NCBI GenBank assembly: GCA_049298775.1
Contig: JBAQWG010000030.1
Span: 7,490-71,489, forward strand
Direction of reading: 5' to 3'
Source: Candidatus Saccharimonadales bacterium
GTDB lineage: Bacteria > Patescibacteriota > Saccharimonadia > Saccharimonadales > Saccharimonadaceae
DNA length: 64,000 nt
Under the pieces are notes generated by a model. The model worked only from the letters and a program-made list of their open reading frames with translations, was not told the origin of the DNA and made no database searches. The position numbers were made by a program, and so were the translations under genes. Below, in pieces: positions 8,620 through 18,029 of this stretch. The number at the start of each line of letters is the position of its first letter. Position 1 is the first letter of the stretch.

Positions 8620-9699
8620 TTATTCAATAGTTGATTCAAGATAGGCAGTAATAAATCCATCGATCTTACCATCGAGAACGGCTTGTGGATCTTTTTCCTC
8701 GTATTTAGTGCGTGTATCTTTTACAAGTGTATATGGATTCAACACGTAATTACGGATTTGCGAACCCCAATTTGCCGATTCCCCGGCTCGAAGTTCAGCG
8801 ACACTGGCGGCATGCTGCTCGATTTGTAGTTGCGCTAATTTAGAACGTAAAATTTTCATTGCTGTTTCTTTATTCTGAAGCTGACTACGTTCGTTTTGTA
8901 TAGCCACAACAATGTTAGTTGGCAGATGCGTGACGCGGACGGCACTGTCGGTTGTATTAACCGACTGTCCACCATGGCCACCAGCTCGATAGACATCAAT
9001 CTTGAGATCCTTTTCGTCTATTCTCACCTCATCTGGCGCATCGATTTGAGGTAATATTTCAACAAGCGCAAAACTAGTTTGGCGAAGATTATCACTATTA
9101 AACGGACTCAGGCGTACCAATCGATGTACTCCGTTTTCACTACGTAGCCTACCAAAAGCGTATGGCCCGTTAATTTCAATTACACTACTTTTAATACCCG
9201 CTTCTTCACCCGTAGAACGTTCGTCCTGCGTCGTTTGCATCTCTGATCGTTCGGCCCAACGTAGATACATCCGCTCCAGCATTTCAGCAAAATCCTGCGC
9301 GTCAGTTCCACCTACACCGGCACTGATACGAATAATCGCATTATGATCATCATAGGGACCGTTAAATAGTAGCTCTTTCTTGCGCTCAGACAGCTCATCT
9401 TCTAAGGCTGTTATCTGGATTGCAAACTCTTCTTTAAGGCTATCGTCTCCCATATCCATAAGCTCAACAATGTCATCAACTTGTGCGCGTAATGTTTGCC
9501 ATGGCTGTACCATAGCCGCCAGAGCCGACTGCTGCTTGCTCTTCGCCTGTGCATCGGTAGGATTACCCCAGACTTCAGGAGCAGCCATCTCATCATTCAA
9601 AACAGCTAATTGTTGCGCTCTTTCATCTATATGTAATTGATCGTATGCTGTTGCCACGCCCTCTTTCAGGATAGCAATGCGTTTCTCAAGTGGTTGCAT
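8620..9699 (-). CDS. prfB: peptide chain release factor 2 (single uninterrupted frame)
   Basis: SPF tripeptide (LSPFNSDN) and GGQ ([16 protein letters not shown]). The N-terminus aligns with E. coli RF2 across the usual frameshift site without interruption. Confidence 0.92.
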   Translation of the reverse strand: MQPLEKRIAILKEGVATAYDQLHIDERAQQLAVLNDEMAAPEVWGNPTDAQAKSKQQSALAAMVQPWQTLRAQVDDIVELMDMGDDSLKEEFAIQITALEDELSERKKELLFNGPYDDHNAIIRISAGVGGTDAQDFAEMLERMYLRWAERSEMQTTQDERSTGEEAGIKSSVIEINGPYAFGRLRSENGVHRLVRLSPFNSDNLRQTSFALVEILPQIDAPDEVRIDEKDLKIDVYRAGGHGGQSVNTTDSAVRVTHLPTNIVVAIQNERSQLQNKETAMKILRSKLAQLQIEQHAASVAELRAGESANWGSQIRNYVLNPYTLVKDTRTKYEEKDPQAVLDGKIDGFITAYLESTIE

Positions 9700-9706
9700 A
9701 GATTAG

Positions 9707-9712
9707 ATTATA
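9707..9712 (-). promoter_or_regulatory. -10 box TATAAT 7 nt upstream of prfB ATG (leaderless candidate)
   Basis: Complement reads ctgTATAATctaatctATG. It sits between the stop of the upstream gene (9722) and ATG 9699. Confidence 0.45.
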
Positions 9713-9721
9713 CAGTACTAG

Positions 9722-10984
9722 CTACGCCAGTTCCGTCGCCCAAGCTTGCAACGGGTATTCATATAAGTAATCAAACTGTGATTCGGGAACTTCAAATGAC
9801 ACACTGCCATAACCAGACAGCTTGCGATGGTATGCCAATCGCAATTCATCGATTTCTCCAATACACTCGAACGGTTTTGAAAAACCATCTATTCCTAGCA
9901 AGCCCTTAAATGTTTCTTCTAGCAGCGGTTTCTCAAAAAGATCCTGCCCATTAAATAAACTTTTCAGATCATTAGGATTGATGAATGGTGCAAACAAAAG
10001 ATACGAGTTTGCACACTTTGGACACTCACCACACCATTTCAATGTCGTGTTATCAACACCCTGCTGATAATTAATTCGATTACAAGAACTAAAGTCATGG
10101 CCAAATTCATTCCATGCCTTGTCGGCAAAAAGTTCCGCTATACGAAGCTCGCTATATTTGCGAAGCGCTGATCCAACCTGAATATCTTGAGAAATATACC
10201 GATCAACATATTCTGCCATTAACTGCTCGGCACTCCATGTTTTTGACCATTGATGAGTTACTTCCAGGTCGCCAATAATATGATGTGCTTCTTCGCCTTC
10301 GTGTCCAATTGATGTCAGTATAGTATTTTTATTTGTAAGTACTGCCTGGATTAGTGCTACAGCCGTAATAATGAAAGTAATTGGAACATGACCACTTTTA
10401 CCACCCTCTTCGTTCGCCTTCATTAGCGCCCCTCGGTCAATTGTCCGGTGCACTAGCGCCAACGGACTACCAAGTGCGTCAATCACAGCCGGGTGGCTCT
10501 CAGTACTAGATACATACATACTGATAAATTCCTTGCCATGCTCCTGTAGCGACTTCGCCGTTAATATCGAGTCTTTACCACCACTCTGGAGTGAGATTAT
10601 TCCATCACCTGAATAAGTCTGAGCCATAAGTGATTCGCCAGCTGCACTAAAGTGTGCCAAATCATTTCTAGTAAGATCGTTCTCATATGCAAACTGACTC
10701 ATTCCTTCTTGGTACACGTGGTTGAGGAATGCCGCCTGCCATTCATCAATCGTAAACGGCTTAATACTAACGTCCCTTGATACGAACGTCTTGTGATATG
10801 ACGTTCCGATAAGTAGAAACGCTAGACGCATTACACGTTCAAGTGCATCACTATCATATTCTTGATTAACTACATCAAATATGTACGACTCCTGAAATGT
10901 GCGCAATCCATCGTAGCTATAATTAAATTCCGCTCGCCGACTCTCTGGATTATATGAATAATCTTCAAAAATAAACTGGCTCAT
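9722..10984 (-). CDS. PP-loop ATP-pyrophosphatase-fold protein; candidate UDP-MurNAc-L-Ala-L-Glu epimerase (MurL-like)
   Basis: SGGKDS PP-loop (LQSGGKDSILTA) and C-terminal WCGECPKC. The start overlaps the murD stop (ATGA at 10981-10984). The MurL assignment is inference from context. Confidence 0.45.
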   Translation of the reverse strand: MSQFIFEDYSYNPESRRAEFNYSYDGLRTFQESYIFDVVNQEYDSDALERVMRLAFLLIGTSYHKTFVSRDVSIKPFTIDEWQAAFLNHVYQEGMSQFAYENDLTRNDLAHFSAAGESLMAQTYSGDGIISLQSGGKDSILTAKSLQEHGKEFISMYVSSTESHPAVIDALGSPLALVHRTIDRGALMKANEEGGKSGHVPITFIITAVALIQAVLTNKNTILTSIGHEGEEAHHIIGDLEVTHQWSKTWSAEQLMAEYVDRYISQDIQVGSALRKYSELRIAELFADKAWNEFGHDFSSCNRINYQQGVDNTTLKWCGECPKCANSYLLFAPFINPNDLKSLFNGQDLFEKPLLEETFKGLLGIDGFSKPFECIGEIDELRLAYHRKLSGYGSVSFEVPESQFDYLYEYPLQAWATELA

Positions 10985-12255
10985 AGTTGCTCCACTAGTT
11001 CCGTAAACCTCTGCCCACGAGCCGTGAAGTTTGGAAACATATCAAAACTAGCACAGCCAGGACTAAGTAATACAACGTCGCCATCAACAGCTAGTTCATG
11101 TGCTCTTTCTACCGCTTTTTCCAGGGTTCCTAAGATTTCGTATTTTCCTTCCGTAAGTCCATCAGATATTTTTGATGCTGTTTGGCCAATAAGTAAAGTT
11201 TTTTTACTAAATTTCCAACCATCTATAAATTTGCCAAGATTGTTATAGTCTAATTCCCTATCGTACCCACCTGCAATCAAAATTGTTGGTTGTTGCAAAG
11301 ACTTAAGAGCAACAACAGTTGCAGGTGGCGCCGAGGAATAACTATCGTTATAATAGCTAACTCCATCTAAATCTCTTATATGATTTATTCTATACGGCAG
11401 ACCATCAAAATTCGACAAACCTTCAGCAATGACCTCAGGGTCCTGAACCCATTGCCACGAAGCTGCGATTGCCGCACAGGCATTTTCCTTATTATGATCA
11501 CCGATAACATTAATCACGTCTGTTTTACATAGTTGTCGATCACCAAAATAAAAATAGTCGGATTTAATATGAGCACCAGATTCATTGAGATAAGGAATAC
11601 TCTGACCTGATGATTTCGATGCGATGGCAGATGAATATTCATTACCATACTTATAAACCACTACATCATCCGTTTTTTGAAATTCCGCAATGTGTCCCTT
11701 GGCATTAACATAATCATCAATATCTTTATGCACGTCCAGGTGCTCTGGTTCGACACCAAGCACTACGGCTACATGTGGGCTGACGTCCAGGTCCCATAGC
11801 TGAAAACTACTTAGCTCATAAACCACTACATCATCCGGAGATATTTTATCAAGGACATCAAACGCGCCAATACCAATGTTGCCAACCAGCCAAGTTTTTA
11901 TACCACCAGCATCGAGAATAGATTCGATAAGACTAGCCGTCGTCCCCTTGCCTTTAGTTCCCGTTACGCCTATAACCGGAGCTGGACATTGTTTTAAAAA
12001 TTCGCGCGTCATAGTTGTAACCTCACCGGTTACATCGACATTCCATGGCGCAATCGCAGGAGTTTTTATTGCTATATCAGCATCAATTCCTTTGAAATCT
12101 TTAACCCCGCCCACAAATTCAACTCCAATAGGTAGTTGAATCTTTGGCTGCTCATTATTGTCATAGGCCGTAAACTGAGCCTCGGGATACTTAGTACGGT
12201 AATAGTTATAGACACTTTCACCTTCAATTCCGTAACCGAGGATTGCAATCTTCAT
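10981..12255 (-). CDS. murD: UDP-N-acetylmuramoyl-L-alanine--glutamate ligase (MurD family)
   Basis: N-terminal Rossmann MKIAILGYGIEG, Mur ligase P-loop GVTGTKGKGTT, 424 aa. Confidence 0.85.
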   Translation of the reverse strand: MKIAILGYGIEGESVYNYYRTKYPEAQFTAYDNNEQPKIQLPIGVEFVGGVKDFKGIDADIAIKTPAIAPWNVDVTGEVTTMTREFLKQCPAPVIGVTGTKGKGTTASLIESILDAGGIKTWLVGNIGIGAFDVLDKISPDDVVVYELSSFQLWDLDVSPHVAVVLGVEPEHLDVHKDIDDYVNAKGHIAEFQKTDDVVVYKYGNEYSSAIASKSSGQSIPYLNESGAHIKSDYFYFGDRQLCKTDVINVIGDHNKENACAAIAASWQWVQDPEVIAEGLSNFDGLPYRINHIRDLDGVSYYNDSYSSAPPATVVALKSLQQPTILIAGGYDRELDYNNLGKFIDGWKFSKKTLLIGQTASKISDGLTEGKYEILGTLEKAVERAHELAVDGDVVLLSPGCASFDMFPNFTARGQRFTELVEQL

Positions 12256-12275
12256 GAGTTTAGTATATCGACTCT

Positions 12276-13562
12276 CTAAACCTTTTTAAACAAAGGCATC
12301 AGCTTATCATTAAGCGCCACTAGATCACTACGCTCACCACTACTAACTCCAGCCAGTACGTGTATATCATTACTAATAAAATCACGCGCCGTATCGATAA
12401 TACATTCTCTAGTCGTATTCTTAATAGACGCTGGAACCTTTTCGTAATCTTTCACGACCCCATCTGCAAAATAGCGACTGGTATAGAAATTGCTAATCTG
12501 CGAAACAGTCTGTGCGCCCATCTGATGACGGCCTAGTGCGTATGATTTAGCAGCGTCGATTTCCGACTCGGTTAACTTACCGTCAAGAACTGAACTAAGT
12601 TCACGAACAATAATATCAAACAAAGCGTCCGCTCTATCGACATTCACTTGTCCGCCAAAGTCCCACGACGAATCATGAAATCCAACTGAAGTATCGCTAA
12701 ACATATCGTACGCCAAACCGCGTTTTCGCGCAGAACCATAAATTCGCGAATGCATTGTGCCAGTCAAAATATGATCAAGACAATTCATAGCATCCGCTTC
12801 TTCGTCGCTTAGCTCACGCGGAACAATTAACGACCAAGCAAACGTCAGATTCGATGCTTCCTTGCGGCGAATCAGCGTTGGATGACCAGAGGTGAACTCG
12901 TCGTGGGGGGCTTCAAAACGTTCACCTTCGGGCAATTCCCATTCTACAAGTTGGCGTTTAATTTCGCTCTTACGGCCTTGCAGCCGCCCAGCAATGACAA
13001 AACGAAGATTATTTGCCGTATGCGTTCGCACATGGTGCTCTCTGATATTCTTTAGCTTTACCGTTGGGATAGTTTTAATACGTTGTGAATACGTAAGTAC
13101 ATCTTCCCCCAACAGCTGTTGTACCTTTGGCCATAGTAGACGATTATGATTGTTAAGATGACCTGTCAACTCACCGCGAACATTGCCTTTTTCAGCTTCT
13201 AGCTCTTCATTATTGAATCGTGGCTGACATATTGAAACACGCTGCAAGTCAAAAATTCTTTCCCATTCAAAATCAGCACAATCGGCAACATAAACCATAC
13301 TCAAATCACTAGTGTATGCATTGTGATAGGCACCATTTTTGGTGAATTCCGCCTCAAATTGATGCTCGTCTCTGAAGCGAGCATTAGCACCAAATGCCAT
13401 GTGTTCCATAATATGAGCCGTTTCGTAGATACTTTTATCAGCCACGTAACGATTGCCTGCACGAAACTGGAATTGAAAACTCATCACTGTTGCATCTGGA
13501 ACATCTATAAGTAGCCCATGTGCACCATTCTTAAGCCTCACTTCTTCGACGGTATGCTTCAT
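12276..13562 (-). CDS. M16 (pitrilysin/insulinase) family zinc peptidase
   Basis: Inverted zinc motif HxxEH (ETAHIMEHMAFG), two-lobed 428 aa. The start overlaps the secA stop (ATGA). Confidence 0.8.
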   Translation of the reverse strand: MKHTVEEVRLKNGAHGLLIDVPDATVMSFQFQFRAGNRYVADKSIYETAHIMEHMAFGANARFRDEHQFEAEFTKNGAYHNAYTSDLSMVYVADCADFEWERIFDLQRVSICQPRFNNEELEAEKGNVRGELTGHLNNHNRLLWPKVQQLLGEDVLTYSQRIKTIPTVKLKNIREHHVRTHTANNLRFVIAGRLQGRKSEIKRQLVEWELPEGERFEAPHDEFTSGHPTLIRRKEASNLTFAWSLIVPRELSDEEADAMNCLDHILTGTMHSRIYGSARKRGLAYDMFSDTSVGFHDSSWDFGGQVNVDRADALFDIIVRELSSVLDGKLTESEIDAAKSYALGRHQMGAQTVSQISNFYTSRYFADGVVKDYEKVPASIKNTTRECIIDTARDFISNDIHVLAGVSSGERSDLVALNDKLMPLFKKV

Positions 13563-16171
13563 CGACGACTCTTTTTGCGATTTTGACGCTGGCTTTTCTT
13601 TTTTTTGCGTGCTTCGTTTCGGACTTTATTCTCGTTTTTTGCCTTAGCCAATGAAAAATCACCATCACGATTTTGCTCACCGTTAGTAATTTCATTCACA
13701 CCCCGTTCAACGGAGCTTTCAGCAAGACGCGTCAATTCTGTTGCGTGATCTTCATCAGAAACAGCCAGAACGTCATTCGGATGAACGTGCATAACGGCAT
13801 TTAATACTTCATCACGAAGCGTTGCTTGGAGACTCTCAAATAACTTGGCACTTTCAGAACGGTACTCGACAAGTGGGTCGCGCTGACCGACCGATCGCCA
13901 GTGAATACCTTCGCGCAAATGTTGCATATTCTCGAGATGTTGCATCCACAACGTATCAAGCACTTGCAGATAAACATCTCGTTCTACTTTACGCATAATT
14001 TCAGGTGTCAGTTCTCTTTCCTTCAAAGCATAGAATTCTTCCGCGGCCTTCTGCCCTAGCTCGACACGCGTCTTGTCCTTCTTCTCGACACCAATTTTCA
14101 ATATTTCAGTCTCTTCAATAGGAAATGTAGCGTTAAACTGATCAGAGAACTTAGGATTATTTTTTGCAGGTAAACTAGTAAGATCAATTACCTTCTCTTT
14201 AATAAGGCGCTCAATTTCAGGACGAATATCATCACCTTCCAAAATCTTGCGACGCATAACATAAACGACACGACGATGTCGATTTATAACATTGTCGTAT
14301 TGAACAACATTTTTACGCGTATCGTAGTTATAGCCTTCAACACGCTTCTGAGCTGATTCTAATGTTTTGGACACTGCCTTGTTTTGAATTGGCGTATCCT
14401 CATCGACACCAAGACGATTCATTAGCCCAGCAATGCGTTCACCCTGGAAAATACGCATGAGATCATCCTCTGTTGATACATAGAATTGTGTACTACCTGG
14501 ATCACCCTGACGACCACCACGTCCACGAAGCTGGTTATCTATACGGCGTGATTCATGTCGTTCGCTACCGATGACAACAAGCCCACCAAGATCTTTAACA
14601 CCTTCGCCGAGTTTTATATCAGTACCACGACCGGCGATATTTGTCGCAAGAGTAATCGCACCTTTTTCGCCAGCCTTTTCGACAATTGCTGCTTCGCGTT
14701 CATTGTTTTTAGCATTCAAAAGCTCGTATTTGATGCCTTCTTTTTTAAGATAGTTAGCAATCAATTCGTTCTTAGCAATTGATGCACTACCAACAAGCAC
14801 TGGACGACCAGCTTTGTTATATTCCTTAATCGCCTCTGCGACTGCTTTCAATTTGCCTTTTTCGGTTTTGAAAATCAAATCCTCATGATCGATACGCGTA
14901 ATAGGCCTATTTGGTGGCACTTGAATGACGTCCAAACTATAAATCTGCTGAAATTCTTCAGCCTCAGTAAATGCAGTACCAGTCATTCCGGAAAGTTTTT
15001 TGTATAGACGGAAGAAATTCTGAAATGACACAGTTGCAAGTGTCATACTCTCTTCCAGAACAGGAACATTTTCTTTTGCCTCTATAGCCTGGTGCAGGCC
15101 TTCGTTATAGCGACGACCTTGCATCAAGCGACCAGTATGTTCGTCAACAATAACGACTTCGCCTTCGTTAGTCACTACATAATCTTTGTCTCGCTTAAAT
15201 AACGCCTGTGCTCGCAAAGCCTGGTCCATATGGTAGACGGAACGAATATAGTCAGGGCTGTAAAGGTTCTTAATTCCAAGCATCTTCTGAACCTTTTCGA
15301 CACCTTCATCACTCAACGATACAGTCTTACGTTTTTCATCTAATACATAGTCATCTGGTGTTAATTTTGCTGCAATTTTTGCAAATTGATAATAACTGTC
15401 AGGATTTTGAGCCGCTGGAGCGCTAATAATTAGTGGTGTTCGTGCCTCATCGATAAGAATCGAGTCGACCTCATCCACAATTGCAAAATTCAGTTCACGC
15501 TGACGAAGTTCATCAACCTCATTCACCATGTTGTCGCGTAAATAGTCAAACCCGAATTCGTTATTGGTACCGTAGGTTATGTCTGCCAAATAAGCCTCTT
15601 TGCGGGTTGCAGGACGAAGTTTTCGCATACGAGGATCGTCGTGCTTTTCGTTATCATAATCTTTATCATAGATAAAAGAAGCGTCATTGATTATAACTCC
15701 CGTTGACATACCAAGAAAATCAAATAGTTCACCATTCCAGCTCGCATCTCGTTGTGCCAAGTAATCATTCACGGTAACAATATGAACACCTTTGCCTTCA
15801 AGCGCGTTAAGGTAACTTGGAAGTGTTGCCATCAATGTTTTTCCTTCACCAGTTTTCAGTTCCGCGACATTACCATCATTCAACACCATGCCACCAATCA
15901 ACTGAACATCGAAATGTCGCATACCTAGCACCCTATCGCTCGCTTCGCGTACTAGTGCGAATGCGTCAGGAAGAATATCGTCGAGTTTTGTACCTTTTAC
16001 TTCTAACCGCTTCTTGAGTTCAGCTGTCTGTTTTTTCAAATCAGCCTTACTCATTGCATGATACTTTTCAGCCAGCACGTTAATAGCACCAACTTTTTTC
16101 TCTAGTCCCTTTAACATCCGCTTTTGCGGATCACCAAATATTTTTGTCAATACCGTTTGTCGATTAACCAT
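13559..16171 (-). CDS. secA: preprotein translocase ATPase SecA
   Basis: 870 aa: MRHFDVQLIGG, GEGKTL Walker A, DEVDSILIDEARTPLIIS, TNIAGRGTDIKLG. The basic C-tail lacks the Cys-rich zinc motif. Confidence 0.97.
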   Translation of the reverse strand: MVNRQTVLTKIFGDPQKRMLKGLEKKVGAINVLAEKYHAMSKADLKKQTAELKKRLEVKGTKLDDILPDAFALVREASDRVLGMRHFDVQLIGGMVLNDGNVAELKTGEGKTLMATLPSYLNALEGKGVHIVTVNDYLAQRDASWNGELFDFLGMSTGVIINDASFIYDKDYDNEKHDDPRMRKLRPATRKEAYLADITYGTNNEFGFDYLRDNMVNEVDELRQRELNFAIVDEVDSILIDEARTPLIISAPAAQNPDSYYQFAKIAAKLTPDDYVLDEKRKTVSLSDEGVEKVQKMLGIKNLYSPDYIRSVYHMDQALRAQALFKRDKDYVVTNEGEVVIVDEHTGRLMQGRRYNEGLHQAIEAKENVPVLEESMTLATVSFQNFFRLYKKLSGMTGTAFTEAEEFQQIYSLDVIQVPPNRPITRIDHEDLIFKTEKGKLKAVAEAIKEYNKAGRPVLVGSASIAKNELIANYLKKEGIKYELLNAKNNEREAAIVEKAGEKGAITLATNIAGRGTDIKLGEGVKDLGGLVVIGSERHESRRIDNQLRGRGGRQGDPGSTQFYVSTEDDLMRIFQGERIAGLMNRLGVDEDTPIQNKAVSKTLESAQKRVEGYNYDTRKNVVQYDNVINRHRRVVYVMRRKILEGDDIRPEIERLIKEKVIDLTSLPAKNNPKFSDQFNATFPIEETEILKIGVEKKDKTRVELGQKAAEEFYALKERELTPEIMRKVERDVYLQVLDTLWMQHLENMQHLREGIHWRSVGQRDPLVEYRSESAKLFESLQATLRDEVLNAVMHVHPNDVLAVSDEDHATELTRLAESSVERGVNEITNGEQNRDGDFSLAKAKNENKVRNEARKKKKSQRQNRKKSRR

Positions 16172-16197
16172 AATAAGCCCTACTCCTGCCGTATAGT

Positions 16198-16253
16198 CTG
16201 AAATTACTAGATAGTATTATAGCGTATTTTTCTGAAAAAGGCAGTAATTTCAG
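16198..16253. repeat. perfect 11-bp inverted repeat (CTGAAATTACT / AGTAATTTCAG) with 34-nt spacer in the hpf-secA spacer
   Basis: Arms at 16198-16208 and 16243-16253. On the minus strand the spacer contains cgcTATAATac (candidate secA -10), and AGGAG lies 11 nt before ATG 16171. Confidence 0.6.
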
Positions 16254-16258
16254 TGGAA

Positions 16259-16633
16259 TTACATCGCTTCACGCGCGTAGCTACGTTTGAAACGAGCAAG
16301 CATTGCATGGCGACCTGTGTGGCTGGTCGTTTCAGATTTGTATTTATGCAGTTGAGTGGCTAGTTTTGCTTCGACAATATCGAGTGCAGCCAGCATATTA
16401 ACTGTCGAATCTTTTGCAGTCAAAACCTTGCCTGGGATATGAACCAAAACTTCAGCTTCATATTTATTACCATGCTCTCGATTAACTTCTTTAAGGATGA
16501 CTTCTGCACTAGCAGACTTACGCGCGTGACGTGGAAGATACCTATCAAGCTTACTAATCTTTTTAATGACGTACTTCTTGGTTATATCGTCGACCTCATA
16601 CTTAATGCCAGTGATTGAGATTTGATTGATCAT
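16259..16633 (-). CDS. hpf: ribosome hibernation promoting factor / RaiA family (short form)
   Basis: 124 aa: ITGIKYEVDDITKKYVIKKISKLDRY ... AEVLVHIPGKVLTAKDSTVNMLAALDIVEAKL is typical of S30AE/HPF. GGAGG lies upstream. Confidence 0.85.
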   Translation of the reverse strand: MINQISITGIKYEVDDITKKYVIKKISKLDRYLPRHARKSASAEVILKEVNREHGNKYEAEVLVHIPGKVLTAKDSTVNMLAALDIVEAKLATQLHKYKSETTSHTGRHAMLARFKRSYAREAM

Positions 16634-16694
16634 ATGTTTAGGTGCCCTCCATCTATATATATCTATTATAGAACTTAATAGAAATATATGCTAA

Positions 16695-17993
16695 TTATAA
16701 TACTTCGCGACCACCAAAGTATGGACGCAGGACTTCAGGAACAGTAACGTTACCGTCTTTATCCTGATAGTTTTCAATGATTGCAATCGGCCCGCGGCTA
16801 AGAGGCAATGCAGTCGCATCATTAGTGTGCACTAACTCAAGTTCTCCGTTTTCCCTCTTGACTCGTGTCTTCAGCCTGCGCGCCTGATAATCAGTCATAT
16901 AGTCAGCCGTATGAGTTTCCCGATACTTATCTTGTCCTGGCATCCACGCCTCGATATCAATACCTCGCGCGTTTGGCTTACCAATATCGGCGGTGCATTT
17001 CAGAAGTACCTGATACGGTATACCCAAAAGTGACATAATCTTTTCTTGAACAGCTACCATAAAGAGATGTTCTTCGGGACCTTTTTCGGCGACGCCCAAG
17101 CTCTCCATTTCAAGTTTATCGAACTGGTGCATACGAAACATTCCTTCCATATCCTTACCATAAGTACCAGCTTCTCGACGAAAACTACTTGCATAGCCAA
17201 TATAACGTACTGGTAAATCAGTTTCGTTAAAAATCTCATCAGCATGCATACTACCAAGTACATGCTCAGCGCTACCCTGCAACCATAGATCCTCGCCCTC
17301 GATTTTATAGCGGTCATCCCTTGGTTCTAAGCGATCCATCGCATCATACAGTTCGGTCCGAATCATATAAGGCGGAAGGACGGGAAGAAATGGCTTATTA
17401 CTAACAGACAGTTGATTGTCACTAATTATTTCATCTATAAATGCCTGATCACTAAGTTTATCCATCACAAATTGAATAATAGCGAACTGCAACTTCACTA
17501 AATCACCTTTTAGGTACGCAAACCGCGCACCGGCAACTTTTGCTGCACGCTCTTTGTCGAGCCAACCCTTTGCGTATGCAATTTCCGCATGATTTTTTGG
17601 CTCAAAATCGAATACAGTTGGCTTACCGACTGTCTTAGCGACAACATTTTCATCTTCACTGGCACCAACTGGCACATCACTCGCTGCTATATTAGGTACT
17701 TTTTTAAATAATTCCGTAAACTCAGCATCTACTTTCGTAAGGTAGCCTTCTCGCTCAGCCAACTCTATTTTTATTTGTTTGCCTTCGTCAATAGTCGCCT
17801 GATCTGGCTTACCACCCTTAATTTTGGCGGCGTTTTGATTGCGTCTCTCACGTAGATCATCCACCTGCTGTTGCAGTGAACGTCTCTCATCATCAAGAGA
17901 AATTAAAATATTAACGTCAATATCATAGCCTTTGTTCTTGGCATTTACAGCTACCAACTCAGGATTTTCTCGCATTAAACGGATGTCTATCAT
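16695..17993 (-). CDS. serS: seryl-tRNA synthetase
   Basis: N-terminal coiled-coil arm (MIDIRLMRENPE...), class II motifs (FRREAG..G.D..G..R.HQF.K.E), 432 aa. Confidence 0.95.
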   Translation of the reverse strand: MIDIRLMRENPELVAVNAKNKGYDIDVNILISLDDERRSLQQQVDDLRERRNQNAAKIKGGKPDQATIDEGKQIKIELAEREGYLTKVDAEFTELFKKVPNIAASDVPVGASEDENVVAKTVGKPTVFDFEPKNHAEIAYAKGWLDKERAAKVAGARFAYLKGDLVKLQFAIIQFVMDKLSDQAFIDEIISDNQLSVSNKPFLPVLPPYMIRTELYDAMDRLEPRDDRYKIEGEDLWLQGSAEHVLGSMHADEIFNETDLPVRYIGYASSFRREAGTYGKDMEGMFRMHQFDKLEMESLGVAEKGPEEHLFMVAVQEKIMSLLGIPYQVLLKCTADIGKPNARGIDIEAWMPGQDKYRETHTADYMTDYQARRLKTRVKRENGELELVHTNDATALPLSRGPIAIIENYQDKDGNVTVPEVLRPYFGGREVL

Positions 17994-17999
17994 AATGAC

Positions 18000-18008
18000 A
18001 TTGTAACA
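18000..18008 (-). promoter_or_regulatory. extended -10 (TGTTACAAT) 6 nt upstream of serS ATG
   Basis: Complement reads tttGTTACAATgtcattATG, i.e. TGTTACAAT-N6-ATG 17993; no SD. Confidence 0.5.
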
Positions 18009-18029
18009 AATACTCGTTAGCGTCGCTAG

